From: a virus
Reading direction: 5' to 3' (one strand)
Length of the DNA stretch: 64,000 nucleotides
Virus record (IMG/VR): IMGVR_UViG_3300037258_000282
Span: 64,001 to 128,000 of that record
Part shown: piece after piece, positions 27,068 to 37,093 of the stretch
Numbering within the stretch: the stretch's first letter is position 1
How the letters are laid out: each line of letters starts with the position of its first letter
Notes under the pieces: model-generated
The model's database searches: none
What the model was told of the DNA's origin: nothing
What the model saw: the letters and a program-made list of their open reading frames with translations, nothing else
Translations under genes and position numbers: made by a program

Positions 27068-29200
27068 TTATCCCGAGAAGTTGCCAACTACCTCTGCGAA
27101 GGCCACTCCGGTCGGAACAGCTACAAAATTAAGTTGTATAAAGTTAATTGAGCGCGATGGCTTGACGTATATGTCGGCCACAAACTGATTTGAGTCAATT
27201 ACCTGAGCCGTGTTGTTGGTGGTATCGCAGACAACTTCGAAGTCAAAGATACCATCGAGAGCCTTGATTCCCGCAAGATATGGAGTCACCATATTGACGA
27301 ACGCCGCGCGGGTAAACGCGTCATTTAGCTGGAATAGGGTATACTTCGCGGCTATAGAGATGGCCTTCTCTATGGTGATGAACAGGCGCCTGACGTTGAT
27401 GCGATCGAAGGCCGACGGCTGCGACAGCATCGTCTTGTCTCCGTAGAGGATCGTTCCCTGAGCCGGGAAAGTCACTACCGGATCTATGCCGTTTGGATAC
27501 AGGAGATTCCTATCCGAGAGGGCCGGATTGAAGCGCATCTTGACGACGTTGTTTATCTGACCGCGGTTGAAGCCGGCCGGTGAGTCCCAAGGATATCCGA
27601 TGGAATCATTCCTCACGCAGAGCCCGGCGATGTCTCCGTTGGTCGGAACCCACCTATAGACGTCATTATACCTATCGTACTGGTACTTATACCCGGAATC
27701 GATCAGGGCATAGGAAGTAGACGAGAGGATGTTCCTCCAGTTTATGAGCGCTACGGCCTCATTATTATAGTTGTTAGTGATGACCGCGTCGTCTGGAGTG
27801 ATAAACACCACGCAGTCTAGGCGAAATTGGGCGATATTCTGGATCAGCCACTCACTTAGGAGGAAGTTGTTGATCTGCATGCCGGATCCATCTAGGGCTA
27901 CCGTAGCTCCACCGATAGGTCTTCCCTGAAGGATCAGAGACACGTCGATGTCTTCGGTCGACTGAAACTTCAGGTAGCCGTTGGTGATGGTCGCCAGCGA
28001 GGCGTTGGACTCGCCGACTCCGTCTTGGCCGGAGTTAAAGGCGATCGTAAGTGGAAAGCTGTCTGACGAGCTGAGGAGCGACGTGGAGATCGCGGAGTTG
28101 GCCGCGTGATCTGGGCGATCGTTTACTCCCCAGGCGTACTGAGAGTTCTGGTTGAGGACGGTCTTCCAGAAGTTCGTCACACCACCTACGGTCAGCGCGT
28201 CGGTCGCGCGAGATAGGTTGGTGTAGGTCTCGAGAATGGTTCCAGGGACTCCCGAGAAATCTCCGTTCTCATCTTGAATGACCACGTGCATTCCATCGAT
28301 GATCGACGCGTTGGACGTCTTCGTCGCCATATACGGCGTCTGCTGAGGTGGAACTCCGATGACGTTCTGAAATTCCCAGAACCTAGTGATGAAGTTGGTG
28401 TTCGCCGCGGCAGATGAGTTGATCGAGAAGTCCGTCGATACGATATACTTCGAGGTCAGTCCGACAGATACGGTCGAGATATTCGAAGTCGCGTTCGTGG
28501 TAAGTACCGGAGCTGATATCGTCGCGATCTGAGAGTACTGCGTTCCGACAGAGGTATTTCCCAGCACTATGTAGTCGCCAACAGAGAAGTTAGAGATCAG
28601 CGTGTTGACCGCCGCAGTTATCTGCGTTCCGTTAGCGCCGACCATCACGAGTGATACGGCGTTAGATCCAGTATTGATCGACGCGGTAGTCACTACAGCG
28701 TTTGAAGATACGGCGTTTGGAAGAAAGACGTTTGAGGTATAGGCATTGACCGAGTCGCACACCGACACGAGAAGTGAATTTCCGAGCCCGCCCGGCCACT
28801 TAGCGATGAACATCGCGTTAGTGTCGAATGATACGACGTTCTCAAATTGAGCCTCGTTAGTGACCACGCAAAGCGCGACGTTAGCGACCGGTCCGGTGTT
28901 GGCGATAGCGTTGAGAGCGGCATTGGCGTCACCAGAGGTCGTGTTGGCCGCGCGAACGACGAAGAGCTGATTACCATAGGACAGGAAGTTAGCCGCGGTA
29001 AACCAAGTCTGGAAGTTGTTCTGGTTAGGAGATCCAAAGGTCGACACTAGAGTCGACTCGGAGTTGATCTGAATGGCCTCTCCAACTGGTCCCCAGCTGA
29101 AGATACCGGCAATCGCTCCCTGAGTAGTGCCTACCGCCGGAACTATGGTAGTTAGGTCAAACTCAGTTACGTTTACGCCGGGAGATAGTTGAGTCGCCAT
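27068..29200 (-). CDS. 18: Tail sheath protein gp18
   Basis: LSPGVNVTEFD, AANFLSYGN, KYQYDRYND, SPAGFNRG, SAFDRINVRRLF, KPSRSINFI. Confidence 0.97.
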   Translation of the reverse strand: MATQLSPGVNVTEFDLTTIVPAVGTTQGAIAGIFSWGPVGEAIQINSESTLVSTFGSPNQNNFQTWFTAANFLSYGNQLFVVRAANTTSGDANAALNAIANTGPVANVALCVVTNEAQFENVVSFDTNAMFIAKWPGGLGNSLLVSVCDSVNAYTSNVFLPNAVSSNAVVTTASINTGSNAVSLVMVGANGTQITAAVNTLISNFSVGDYIVLGNTSVGTQYSQIATISAPVLTTNATSNISTVSVGLTSKYIVSTDFSINSSAAANTNFITRFWEFQNVIGVPPQQTPYMATKTSNASIIDGMHVVIQDENGDFSGVPGTILETYTNLSRATDALTVGGVTNFWKTVLNQNSQYAWGVNDRPDHAANSAISTSLLSSSDSFPLTIAFNSGQDGVGESNASLATITNGYLKFQSTEDIDVSLILQGRPIGGATVALDGSGMQINNFLLSEWLIQNIAQFRLDCVVFITPDDAVITNNYNNEAVALINWRNILSSTSYALIDSGYKYQYDRYNDVYRWVPTNGDIAGLCVRNDSIGYPWDSPAGFNRGQINNVVKMRFNPALSDRNLLYPNGIDPVVTFPAQGTILYGDKTMLSQPSAFDRINVRRLFITIEKAISIAAKYTLFQLNDAFTRAAFVNMVTPYLAGIKALDGIFDFEVVCDTTNNTAQVIDSNQFVADIYVKPSRSINFIQLNFVAVPTGVAFAEVVGNFSG

Positions 29201-29295
29201 GCCTCTTTCCTTTCAGTAGTTTAAACTACAACTGATTATTATTCTAATTTCCGAGTATTTATAATACTGAGGCTTTCACTACAGTTCCGTATTTA

Positions 29296-30957
29296 TCAGA
29301 ATTTCTCCTGCTTATAGTACATCCAGTTGTCACCGTCGTATGGTCTGACGTTTGGATCCGGCTCATCCCTGCCGTCATACACGAATAGAAATTGGGCTAG
29401 ATCCTGCTCGATCTCTTCGTCTGTCTTATCTCTAAGCTTCTGCATGGTATGGATGTTGGCATAGTCCTTGAAGTATCCTTGATCTGACAGCCATGAGAAG
29501 AGCACGAGACCCATGACCAAGTCGTCGTGCTTTCCCGGCTCGGCCTCATATGAATCTTTCTTCTTTGAGAACGTCGAGAGCTCCTCGATAGTGTTAAAAT
29601 CATTTATGATGAGCTGATTCTGCTCCACGAGAAGCTTTAATATCGAGCAACCTATGTTCTTAACTACTTTAGTAGTCCTGATACCCTTATCAATCTGCTT
29701 TCCACCGAAGCCAGAGGTGATCCTCTTTCCAGACCTTCCGGCATTCTCAGTAAAGAGAACGTTGTCATAGTTGAAGTCATAGTGCAGGGAGGTAGAGACC
29801 TGCTCACCGATATCGTTGATCTCTACTAGAACTGCCGAATTGTTGTAGGCGATCGCGACTCTATGCACTATGGCGGCGTAGTCCAATGGAGTGATGTAGT
29901 TGTCTCTATACACCGCGACCTGCTCATATGGCATCTCGGTGACGTCGATAAGTTGAAACGCAGAGTAGTCTAGACCTTTTCCACGTGAGACGTCGCAGAC
30001 CATCATGTAGATCCTATTAGGTCGCGGAGAGACATACACGTGAAGTCCCTCGGAAGCGGTCTCTGGACTCTTCCATATGAGCTCCTTGAGCTTCCATCCC
30101 GCGATAAGCGTTCCAGATGAACCTTGAAATTCGCACTCCATCTCTTGGGCGAATTTCTGAAGATCTCCATTCATTCCATCGAGAGTGTCTTTCTTCCACT
30201 TCTCGTCCCTTCCCGGAACGTCCTTCCAGTGGACTCTCAGAGGCTTGAACTGATTTTTTCTCTCCTTGGCTCCTACCCAAAACTTATGAAAGTGATTGAG
30301 TCCAAATGGCGTGGAGACCAAGATGATCTTTGAGTCGACGCCGGACGAGATAGTCGGATAGACTGAGGTGTAGAACTCATCCCACTTCTCGATGTGAGCC
30401 GCCTCGTCGACGAAGAGAAGTGATATGGAGTATCCTCGGATCGCGTCTTTTGTAGTAGTAGAAGCTATAACGCGAGAGTTGTTGTCTAGCTCAAACGATC
30501 CCTCGTTCCACTTCAGAACTCCATGCTGAAGCCACTTGGGAAGATGCTCGTATGCGAGCTGAATGCGTCCTAGTATCTCGCGAGCGACCTCTCCCTTGTT
30601 GGCTAGCAGCGCGACGGTCTTCTCTGACTGAAACAGAACGTACCACAGTATGAAGCCGCACGTAGTGGTTGACTTGCCACTTTGACGCGCGGAAGTTATA
30701 ATATTGAACCTCTCATTTTTGAAGTTCAACAACATCTGCTTCTGATAGTCATATAGCTTAAAGTGCACGAGTCCCTTATCTAGAGATACGATCTTCATGT
30801 AGGTCTCTACGAAGTAGATGGGATCCTCGGAGCACTTGACGTACTCTTGAATAAGTTCCGGCGTCCACTCTATCTGCTGATTAGCTCTCTTTAAGAGTGG
30901 ATTTCCGTTGTAGGCTTTTACTAGGTCGAAATTTCGATCATCCTGCATACTTACCAT
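29296..30957 (-). CDS. 17: Terminase large subunit gp17
   Basis: YNGNPLLK, ARQSGKS, FVDEAA, STPFG, DVSRGKGLDYS, HDDLVM. Confidence 0.97.
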   Translation of the reverse strand: MVSMQDDRNFDLVKAYNGNPLLKRANQQIEWTPELIQEYVKCSEDPIYFVETYMKIVSLDKGLVHFKLYDYQKQMLLNFKNERFNIITSARQSGKSTTTCGFILWYVLFQSEKTVALLANKGEVAREILGRIQLAYEHLPKWLQHGVLKWNEGSFELDNNSRVIASTTTKDAIRGYSISLLFVDEAAHIEKWDEFYTSVYPTISSGVDSKIILVSTPFGLNHFHKFWVGAKERKNQFKPLRVHWKDVPGRDEKWKKDTLDGMNGDLQKFAQEMECEFQGSSGTLIAGWKLKELIWKSPETASEGLHVYVSPRPNRIYMMVCDVSRGKGLDYSAFQLIDVTEMPYEQVAVYRDNYITPLDYAAIVHRVAIAYNNSAVLVEINDIGEQVSTSLHYDFNYDNVLFTENAGRSGKRITSGFGGKQIDKGIRTTKVVKNIGCSILKLLVEQNQLIINDFNTIEELSTFSKKKDSYEAEPGKHDDLVMGLVLFSWLSDQGYFKDYANIHTMQKLRDKTDEEIEQDLAQFLFVYDGRDEPDPNVRPYDGDNWMYYKQEKF

Positions 30958-31357
30958 CCTCTTGAGGTGACTCTACGACCTTCATCTCTATGATCTTCTG
31001 CTCGTCCTTAACTCCAGCTATCATCTTCGCGAGTTCTGCCGTAGAGAGAAATAGGTTGTTGTTCGTGATGTTTTTAGTCGAAGTGATCGGAGCGTCGGCG
31101 TTGCGAATAGATCTGATCTTTATCTGAAGATCAAGAAGGTCCTTGTTAGCCATCACTATAGTCGAGACTAGCCCGGAGAGAACCTCATATGAGCGCGGAT
31201 GCTGCGACTGCTGGGCTAGATTAGAGAGTTCGTGAAGAGAGGTCTTGGCGGTCTCTATAACTTCTAATAGATTAGCTCTCGCGGTCTCAAAGTCTCTCGA
31301 TGCCGAGTCGTTGTTTACTTCATCAAGCAGGTTAGAGATCTCATCACTTTCGCTCAT
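30938..31357 (-). CDS. 16: Terminase small subunit gp16
   Basis: DFETARANL, QHPRSYEV, NNNLFLSTAEL; synteny. Confidence 0.9.
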   Translation of the reverse strand: MSESDEISNLLDEVNNDSASRDFETARANLLEVIETAKTSLHELSNLAQQSQHPRSYEVLSGLVSTIVMANKDLLDLQIKIRSIRNADAPITSTKNITNNNLFLSTAELAKMIAGVKDEQKIIEMKVVESPQEDGKYAG

Positions 31358-32160
31358 ACGTCAGTTTCCATTATAGTAGAGATGAACCCATAGTCGTCAG
31401 TTATGGAGATCTCTTGATATGGAATCGTTAGAGACGCGTTTGAAGTCGGCTGACCATTAGCGAGAAGACCAGGATAATACTGAAAGCTTGCAGATGGAGT
31501 CAAGTTAGCCGCCGCATCTCCAACTATGATAGATGTGTTAGTGAATTGAATTGGGAAGGCCTGCTTTATCGGCCCGTACATATATCCCTTGACCTGAAGA
31601 CTAAACTCCCAGATTATAGCTCTTCTCTTATTGAAGTCACCGTCGTAATTATCAGATACCGCGACGTCTGATATGACTACTGGAATATTTCTAGAGTCAC
31701 TCATCTCGGGGACCAGATTTATAGATAGGGTCCAATCTGGAGTAAAGTATGGAAGTATCTGCTCGATGATCTTCGTACCGTCCTCAGCGTTCTTCACGTA
31801 GACGTAGCACTTGAAGTTGATGTTATAGGGAACTGGGTTATACTGAACGCTGAGGCGGTTAGCCGCAGAGCCCGGCCGTATGTTTCGATTTATAGTCTCA
31901 AGCTTTCTCGACGCGTCGTACTCTAGTCCCACCAGCTCATACGACATCACGGGAAGTATCACGGCGGCTGGCCTAGAGATGTCGGGATCTTGGTCGACTC
32001 TGGCCATCATCTTATCTTTGGGAGCGTACATAACCGGCACGGTTAGGAGCTCAGTAGTCGAGCCACCGACTGTCCTGACTATCTTGATGTCGTTGAGAAG
32101 AACTCCTACTAGAACTACATACTTTCTGATGAGTCCGAAATAATACGACTGGCCAAAAAT
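31354..32160 (-). CDS. 15: Tail sheath stabilizer gp15; probable ATT start
   Basis: Conserved N-term (M)FGQSYYFGLIRKYVVLVGVLLNDI lies upstream of the track start; GGAGG 5 nt before ATT 32160; PVPYN, KIIEQILPYFTP. Confidence 0.9.
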   Translation of the reverse strand: MFGQSYYFGLIRKYVVLVGVLLNDIKIVRTVGGSTTELLTVPVMYAPKDKMMARVDQDPDISRPAAVILPVMSYELVGLEYDASRKLETINRNIRPGSAANRLSVQYNPVPYNINFKCYVYVKNAEDGTKIIEQILPYFTPDWTLSINLVPEMSDSRNIPVVISDVAVSDNYDGDFNKRRAIIWEFSLQVKGYMYGPIKQAFPIQFTNTSIIVGDAAANLTPSASFQYYPGLLANGQPTSNASLTIPYQEISITDDYGFISTIMETDV

Positions 32161-32195
32161 ACAAACCTCCTATGACTGAATGAAAGAGAGTGTGG

Positions 32196-32978
32196 TTAAA
32201 AAATTCCGCCTGATGGTTGGACTGAGTCTGGAACTTCTCCCTCCTCAACGTCGTCCTCAGAGAACGGATTCTCAACCGTCCAGTTGATTACCTCATCTCC
32301 CTCAGTATCGATCTCGCGAGAGTCATCGAACGCCATCCTCTTGTCGGGCCCAGAACTGGCCTGCTGGATGATGTTGTCGTCCGTATCCGTGAGGTAGTTG
32401 CCCAGAGTGTCGAGAATGGCCCAGTCATAGATGTTGTTGTCGAACATCGCCTGTATCTTATCGATCTGAGGCACCCCAGTGTTGAATATCTCAGACGAGT
32501 ACTCGAACAGTTGGCACGTCATCTGCCAGGTATATAGCTTACCGAGCTGATAGAAGGTCTCAAACTTCTGAACGAAGGTTATCTGAAAGCACTTATCGTT
32601 CAATGGAAAGTATATGAGGTCTCCCTCGTTTGGTCTTACCTGTCCAGTGACTGACGATACTATCTGCTTGAAGACTTTTCGAGGAACAGACAGCGTAACC
32701 TGATCTCGGATCTCTAGCCCGGCGAACTTAGACATAAACGAGCCATCGCCCTCGAATTGATCGGCTGACTCTATGTATAGGCAGAGAGGAATGGCCTGAC
32801 TATATGTGGACTGATCGTCGGCCCCGAGAAGTCTATCCTTGTTTACTATTCCGCGTGGGAGGTACATCATGTCCTCACCATATATTCCGGTCGCCTCAAT
32901 AATCAAGCTCTCGAGCAGGTCCTGCTCCTTAGAGGCCTTGTAGTTATTAAAAAAAAGTGAACTCCCGCTTATCGGCAT
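32196..32978 (-). CDS. 14: Neck protein gp14
   Basis: EQDLLESL, YLPR, RPNEGDLIYFP, FYQLGK, FEYSSE, ENPF. Confidence 0.92.
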   Translation of the reverse strand: MPISGSSLFFNNYKASKEQDLLESLIIEATGIYGEDMMYLPRGIVNKDRLLGADDQSTYSQAIPLCLYIESADQFEGDGSFMSKFAGLEIRDQVTLSVPRKVFKQIVSSVTGQVRPNEGDLIYFPLNDKCFQITFVQKFETFYQLGKLYTWQMTCQLFEYSSEIFNTGVPQIDKIQAMFDNNIYDWAILDTLGNYLTDTDDNIIQQASSGPDKRMAFDDSREIDTEGDEVINWTVENPFSEDDVEEGEVPDSVQPSGGIF

Positions 32979-33016
32979 CGAGATCTCTTAAACCTTGCTC
33001 TTAATTAACATAAAAA

Positions 33017-33754
33017 TTAGTTAATCATATCTACAACCGGAAGCGAGTAGTTCATGATGAGATCATGCTCGAGCTTCTCTCGCTCCTCTGTGGCCTCATT
33101 GTAGATCTTCTGCCCGTTGAACATCACGCCTCCAGGTAGCTTCATGCCGGTGAACTTAGACAGGTTAGAGCCCCAGTTCTGCTTTATGAGGCAAGTCGCG
33201 TATCTCGTGAGCCAGCGATCTCCCCACATCTTGGGATACTCATCTGGATCTATCACTTTATACGCCCTGAATATCAAGAAGTCGCCGACGTTGACGATAT
33301 TCCAGTCCATGTCTATGTAGACGCGATTCTGGTGCCTGTTATATCTAAGTGGCTGCAGTCCGACTAGAATCTGCTCCAAGAACTGTATTCCCTGGAGAGC
33401 CACATAGTATGGAGTCATAGATACCGACGTCAGGGTATAGAGGTCGTTTAGGGCGATCTGATACCTGATATTGAACAAGTTGTTCGTGTTCAGGGCCTCT
33501 CCGATGGGAAATATGTCGACGACTCCAACGAAGTTATCTGGGAGCGTTACGTACCTATTGGTGATGTCCTGCTGCTGAACCTTATAGGCGTAGTTCTCTG
33601 CCGTAACTCCGTCGAAGTGATAGTCCGCGAACATCTGGAGGGCCTCGTCGATCCTGTCCTCGACCTGATCGTCGTCGACGTTGATCTCAACGACAGGATG
33701 ACCGAGCTTCCTCAGGCAAAAAGTCTTAAATTGTTGCCTATTGACAGGTATCAT
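33017..33754 (-). CDS. 13: Neck protein gp13
   Basis: CLRKLGHPVVEINV, DYHFDG, WGSNLSKF, LPGGV. Confidence 0.93.
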   Translation of the reverse strand: MIPVNRQQFKTFCLRKLGHPVVEINVDDDQVEDRIDEALQMFADYHFDGVTAENYAYKVQQQDITNRYVTLPDNFVGVVDIFPIGEALNTNNLFNIRYQIALNDLYTLTSVSMTPYYVALQGIQFLEQILVGLQPLRYNRHQNRVYIDMDWNIVNVGDFLIFRAYKVIDPDEYPKMWGDRWLTRYATCLIKQNWGSNLSKFTGMKLPGGVMFNGQKIYNEATEEREKLEHDLIMNYSLPVVDMIN

Positions 33755-33759
33755 TTATA

Positions 33760-34302
33760 CTATTCCCCGAACAGTGGTGTTAGGGCTTTGTCTGCTCTGG
33801 TGGTGAACGTCTCGCGATCGGCTATACCGTTAGTACCGCCGTTGATCCTCCTCGTGATAGTCTCGAGATCGTCTGCGTCGGCGTACTTCGAGAGGTCTCT
33901 AGACTTCCAGTACTCGCAGGCCGTTCGAACGGCGATCTCTGGAGTCGCGGCCAGGTCTGGGTTGGACACTAAGTCCACTCCTAGAGTGTGTGTCATCGCC
34001 ATGTAGTTCAATCTTCCGGTAAGTTGGAAGATTCCACGACCCTTGAAGCGCGGCCCATCTCCAGCCTCGACGTTTCCGAGATCCTTCCTTCCCTCATACT
34101 CTCTGCCAGACGCGTACTCTACTAAAGTCCTAAATCCAGCGGTCTCTTCGGCAGACTGCCCGAGAAAGTGGTCCAGCCTGAGTAGAGTGTCGATTCCATA
34201 CTCAGGTAGGTATCTGTTGAGGTGTGGGGTAAGATCTACGATGAGCTCTCGTGAGGCCTGCGGGGCGATCTCAAGTAGTATCTCAGAAGTAAGTTGTATC
34301 AT
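33760..34302 (-). CDS. GH19 (chitinase-like) endolysin
   Basis: HFLGQSAEET, YEGRKDLGN, FKGRGIFQLTGRLNY, ITRRINGGTNG. Confidence 0.9.
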   Translation of the reverse strand: MIQLTSEILLEIAPQASRELIVDLTPHLNRYLPEYGIDTLLRLDHFLGQSAEETAGFRTLVEYASGREYEGRKDLGNVEAGDGPRFKGRGIFQLTGRLNYMAMTHTLGVDLVSNPDLAATPEIAVRTACEYWKSRDLSKYADADDLETITRRINGGTNGIADRETFTTRADKALTPLFGE

Positions 34303-34314
34303 ACATAAGCTCCA

Positions 34315-34833
34315 TTATGCCCAATAGATGCTGGACCCATTGCTGTGAAGGGTAGTTCCATTCGCTCCGAAGCTTCCGTTGGCCACGATCCCACCTGAGA
34401 TTAGGATGCTTCCATTAGTATAGACCTCGAAAGTCGTGTTCGAGCTGGTATTTTGAACTTGAATCGCTACGTTTGCTCCAGAGACCACCAGCAGCGTTCC
34501 CTGCTCCGACATTCTTCCCACGAGACCGGAAGCGTTGGCCCAGTGCACGATGTCTCCATTATTTGAAGTTATCGTAAGGCCCTGTCCATTGAGAGAGATG
34601 ATCTCGCACGCCAGCCCAAAATTAGTTTGAAAATATCCGGCCTGCCCTGAGTTACTGAACCCCTCCACTCCAGTTCCAGATACCGAGACGCCGATAGCTC
34701 CAGCACTGGTATTCGAGTACCCAGACGTACCGATGCCGTCAGTAGACACGCCGACGATCGCGGCGTTCGCCTGCGACTGCGCCTCTAGCGCGTTGTTGAA
34801 TAGGTTCTTCACTTGAAAAGTTAGGGTAGTCAT
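34315..34833 (-). CDS. Tail fibre-related structural protein
   Basis: G/S/N-rich beta repeats; GSFGANGTTLHSNGSSIYW motif shared with other fibre ORFs here. Confidence 0.5.
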   Translation of the reverse strand: MTTLTFQVKNLFNNALEAQSQANAAIVGVSTDGIGTSGYSNTSAGAIGVSVSGTGVEGFSNSGQAGYFQTNFGLACEIISLNGQGLTITSNNGDIVHWANASGLVGRMSEQGTLLVVSGANVAIQVQNTSSNTTFEVYTNGSILISGGIVANGSFGANGTTLHSNGSSIYWA

Positions 34834-34861
34834 TAGACCTCTTTCGCGTACTTTTAGATAT

Positions 34862-36814
34862 TTATAGGTTGCTGGCGATCACTTTGCCAGTTCCAGTACC
34901 AAGATCGTTCACAGTATTGGCCCTCAGCCCATAACCCCTGTTTCCAACGATGACGTAGTTGTTGGACCCTCCAGAGGTTACGGTGATGCCAAATGAGTTG
35001 TTCCCGGTTACGGTAGGATACGCCGCTCCTAAGACGTTGTTGATAATAGAGAAGTTGTTTATGGCCGCCGCCACGTTGATGCACGGGTACGTATTGGCCG
35101 ATCGAGTGCCATTTTGAACTATGATGTTGTCCGATATCAGATAGTCGATTCCACCCTGAAGATTTATAGCTGACATGGAGTTGTTCTGAATCAGGTTGCC
35201 GACGATGCGGTTTGGTCCTATGACTGCAGTAGACTTCATGATTATTCCACTAGAAAAGATGGCTCCCTGTATGGTACAATCAGAGATCATGACGTCAGTG
35301 CACGTGGCAAAAGACAGCGGTGTAGAGATAGGATTTGAGAACGTAGACTTGTTGATGTATATACCAGAGGCCGCGGCCGCGTTGGTGGTGGCCGTATCTA
35401 CCACGCTTATTGAAGATAATAGATTATTTACTATGGTAGAATCTATTATGGTATTGTACGTATAGTTGTCGATTAGGATTCCAATGGCTGACGTCGACAT
35501 GATAGGTCGATACGACATGGTATTGGAAGTCTGCGTGTTGGTCTGCCAGCCTAATGCAGTCGGTGCGGTGGGAAGTCCAACTCCTGAAGTTCCAGCGACC
35601 GTGACCTGAAAGTACCAGCTAGATGAGCTAAACACGTCTCCCAAACTGTATGCCGTAGAGTTCGCGTATGCGGCCTTATAGTTGAGCGTAGTTGGAGTAT
35701 TTGCCGCATATGAATATGGATTGTCTATGAGACAGTTTCGTATCTTACTATTATACACTCCTACCGTCGAGTTTCCCTGAAGCTCGATGCCGTAAAATCC
35801 AGTAGCATTTAATACCGTTATATTATCCACGATAGTGTTGTTACACATTCTGAGAAATACCCCAGAAAAACCTCCATTAATATATAGATCTCTAAGCACG
35901 CAGTTATTCGCGCCGAATAGTTGGATCTCATAGCCGGAGGTCTTGAATACGCTTGGAACGAAGGCCATTTCAGTTAGCATGCACTGCGATCCATCTATCT
36001 GAAACGTTACTCCCGTAGTGGCCGCCGTCTGAATTACTGTCGTATTAAGTCCAGAACCAAGCAGACATATGTTGTTAGAAGTTATGGCGGACGGGTTGTT
36101 TATTGGATATACTCCCGGAGGAAAGAATATGATCGCTCCGTTAGTGAGTGAGTTTACGGCCGTCACTATATTGTTGAAGTTAGTCGTGTTGATGGCGGCA
36201 TTGTTCTGCGGGGTGACGTTATAGTCAGTGATGACGTTTATCCACGGAATGATATCGACACCATTGATCGAGTACGTCGTAGCGTTTATCGACGTATTTA
36301 CCGTCGAGTTTCCTATCGAAGAAGATGCTGGAGTTAGATTAAAAGTAGACGTAGAGTTCGCTACTGTTATAGCGACAGACGTTAAGACCACATTTGCGGT
36401 CGTATTGCTGATAGAGATTGAGTTTATTCCGATGACTGCTTTAGTCGTCGAATTGCTGATGCTGAGAGTCATCGGAGTCGTGGTTACTGTAGACGTAGAG
36501 TTAGCTATACTCTCTGACGACGAGTTTCTAGAAGAGTTAGCGATCGTATTTCCGATGAATAGGACAGAAGTGTTGACGGTGACGTTGGCTCCAACTGTCA
36601 TACCGCCGTTCACGTTGAGATTGACTAAGTTTGATCCGATCTCAAAGTACGCCGATCCATTGGACGAAAACATCTTGAAGTCTATTAGGTTGAGCGCTAG
36701 TTCGCCGGTAGATATATACGAAGAGTTTGCGTTATACGACCCGGCGGTAGTATTGGGAGTTTTTCCCGTAGTTGAGGTACGCTTTATATAAAGCGGCAGT
36801 GGATCTGTTGCCAA
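34862..36814 (-). CDS. Tailspike with pectate-lyase-like beta-helix
   Basis: Fibre N-term IKRTS..GELALN, then WINVITDY, IFFPPGVY and parallel beta-helix repeats. Confidence 0.75.
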   Translation of the reverse strand: MATDPLPLYIKRTSTTGKTPNTTAGSYNANSSYISTGELALNLIDFKMFSSNGSAYFEIGSNLVNLNVNGGMTVGANVTVNTSVLFIGNTIANSSRNSSSESIANSTSTVTTTPMTLSISNSTTKAVIGINSISISNTTANVVLTSVAITVANSTSTFNLTPASSSIGNSTVNTSINATTYSINGVDIIPWINVITDYNVTPQNNAAINTTNFNNIVTAVNSLTNGAIIFFPPGVYPINNPSAITSNNICLLGSGLNTTVIQTAATTGVTFQIDGSQCMLTEMAFVPSVFKTSGYEIQLFGANNCVLRDLYINGGFSGVFLRMCNNTIVDNITVLNATGFYGIELQGNSTVGVYNSKIRNCLIDNPYSYAANTPTTLNYKAAYANSTAYSLGDVFSSSSWYFQVTVAGTSGVGLPTAPTALGWQTNTQTSNTMSYRPIMSTSAIGILIDNYTYNTIIDSTIVNNLLSSISVVDTATTNAAAASGIYINKSTFSNPISTPLSFATCTDVMISDCTIQGAIFSSGIIMKSTAVIGPNRIVGNLIQNNSMSAINLQGGIDYLISDNIIVQNGTRSANTYPCINVAAAINNFSIINNVLGAAYPTVTGNNSFGITVTSGGSNNYVIVGNRGYGLRANTVNDLGTGTGKVIASNL

Positions 36815-36857
36815 TGTTGGCTCCTATTCATGCGAGTATATACTCGCGTTTCTACTA

Positions 36858-37070
36858 TCAGAACGAAGAGTCGTCCTTCTTCGTCTTCTTCTTGACGTCT
36901 TCTAACCGCTTCTCTAGAGCGATCTTCTCATCACTTAAGACTCTAACGGCATTCTCAGCTATAGTCAGACGAGTCGTAAACATGAGTTCGTTTCTCATCA
37001 GTTCGGCGATCTTATCATTCATCACCTGTATATAGGTGTTGATGAACACCTCGTTCATCGGCTGGTCCAT
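36858..37070 (-). CDS. Small coiled-coil protein (possible fibre chaperone)
   Basis: Heptad pattern; lies between fibre genes. Confidence 0.5.
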   Translation of the reverse strand: MDQPMNEVFINTYIQVMNDKIAELMRNELMFTTRLTIAENAVRVLSDEKIALEKRLEDVKKKTKKDDSSF

Positions 37071-37093
37071 TTCAAACTTCCTTTCATTGAATA

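Noticed and set aside
32051-32275. 74-aa ORF between gp14 and gp15
   Set aside because: Overlaps gp14 and the true 5' end of gp15 in another frame.
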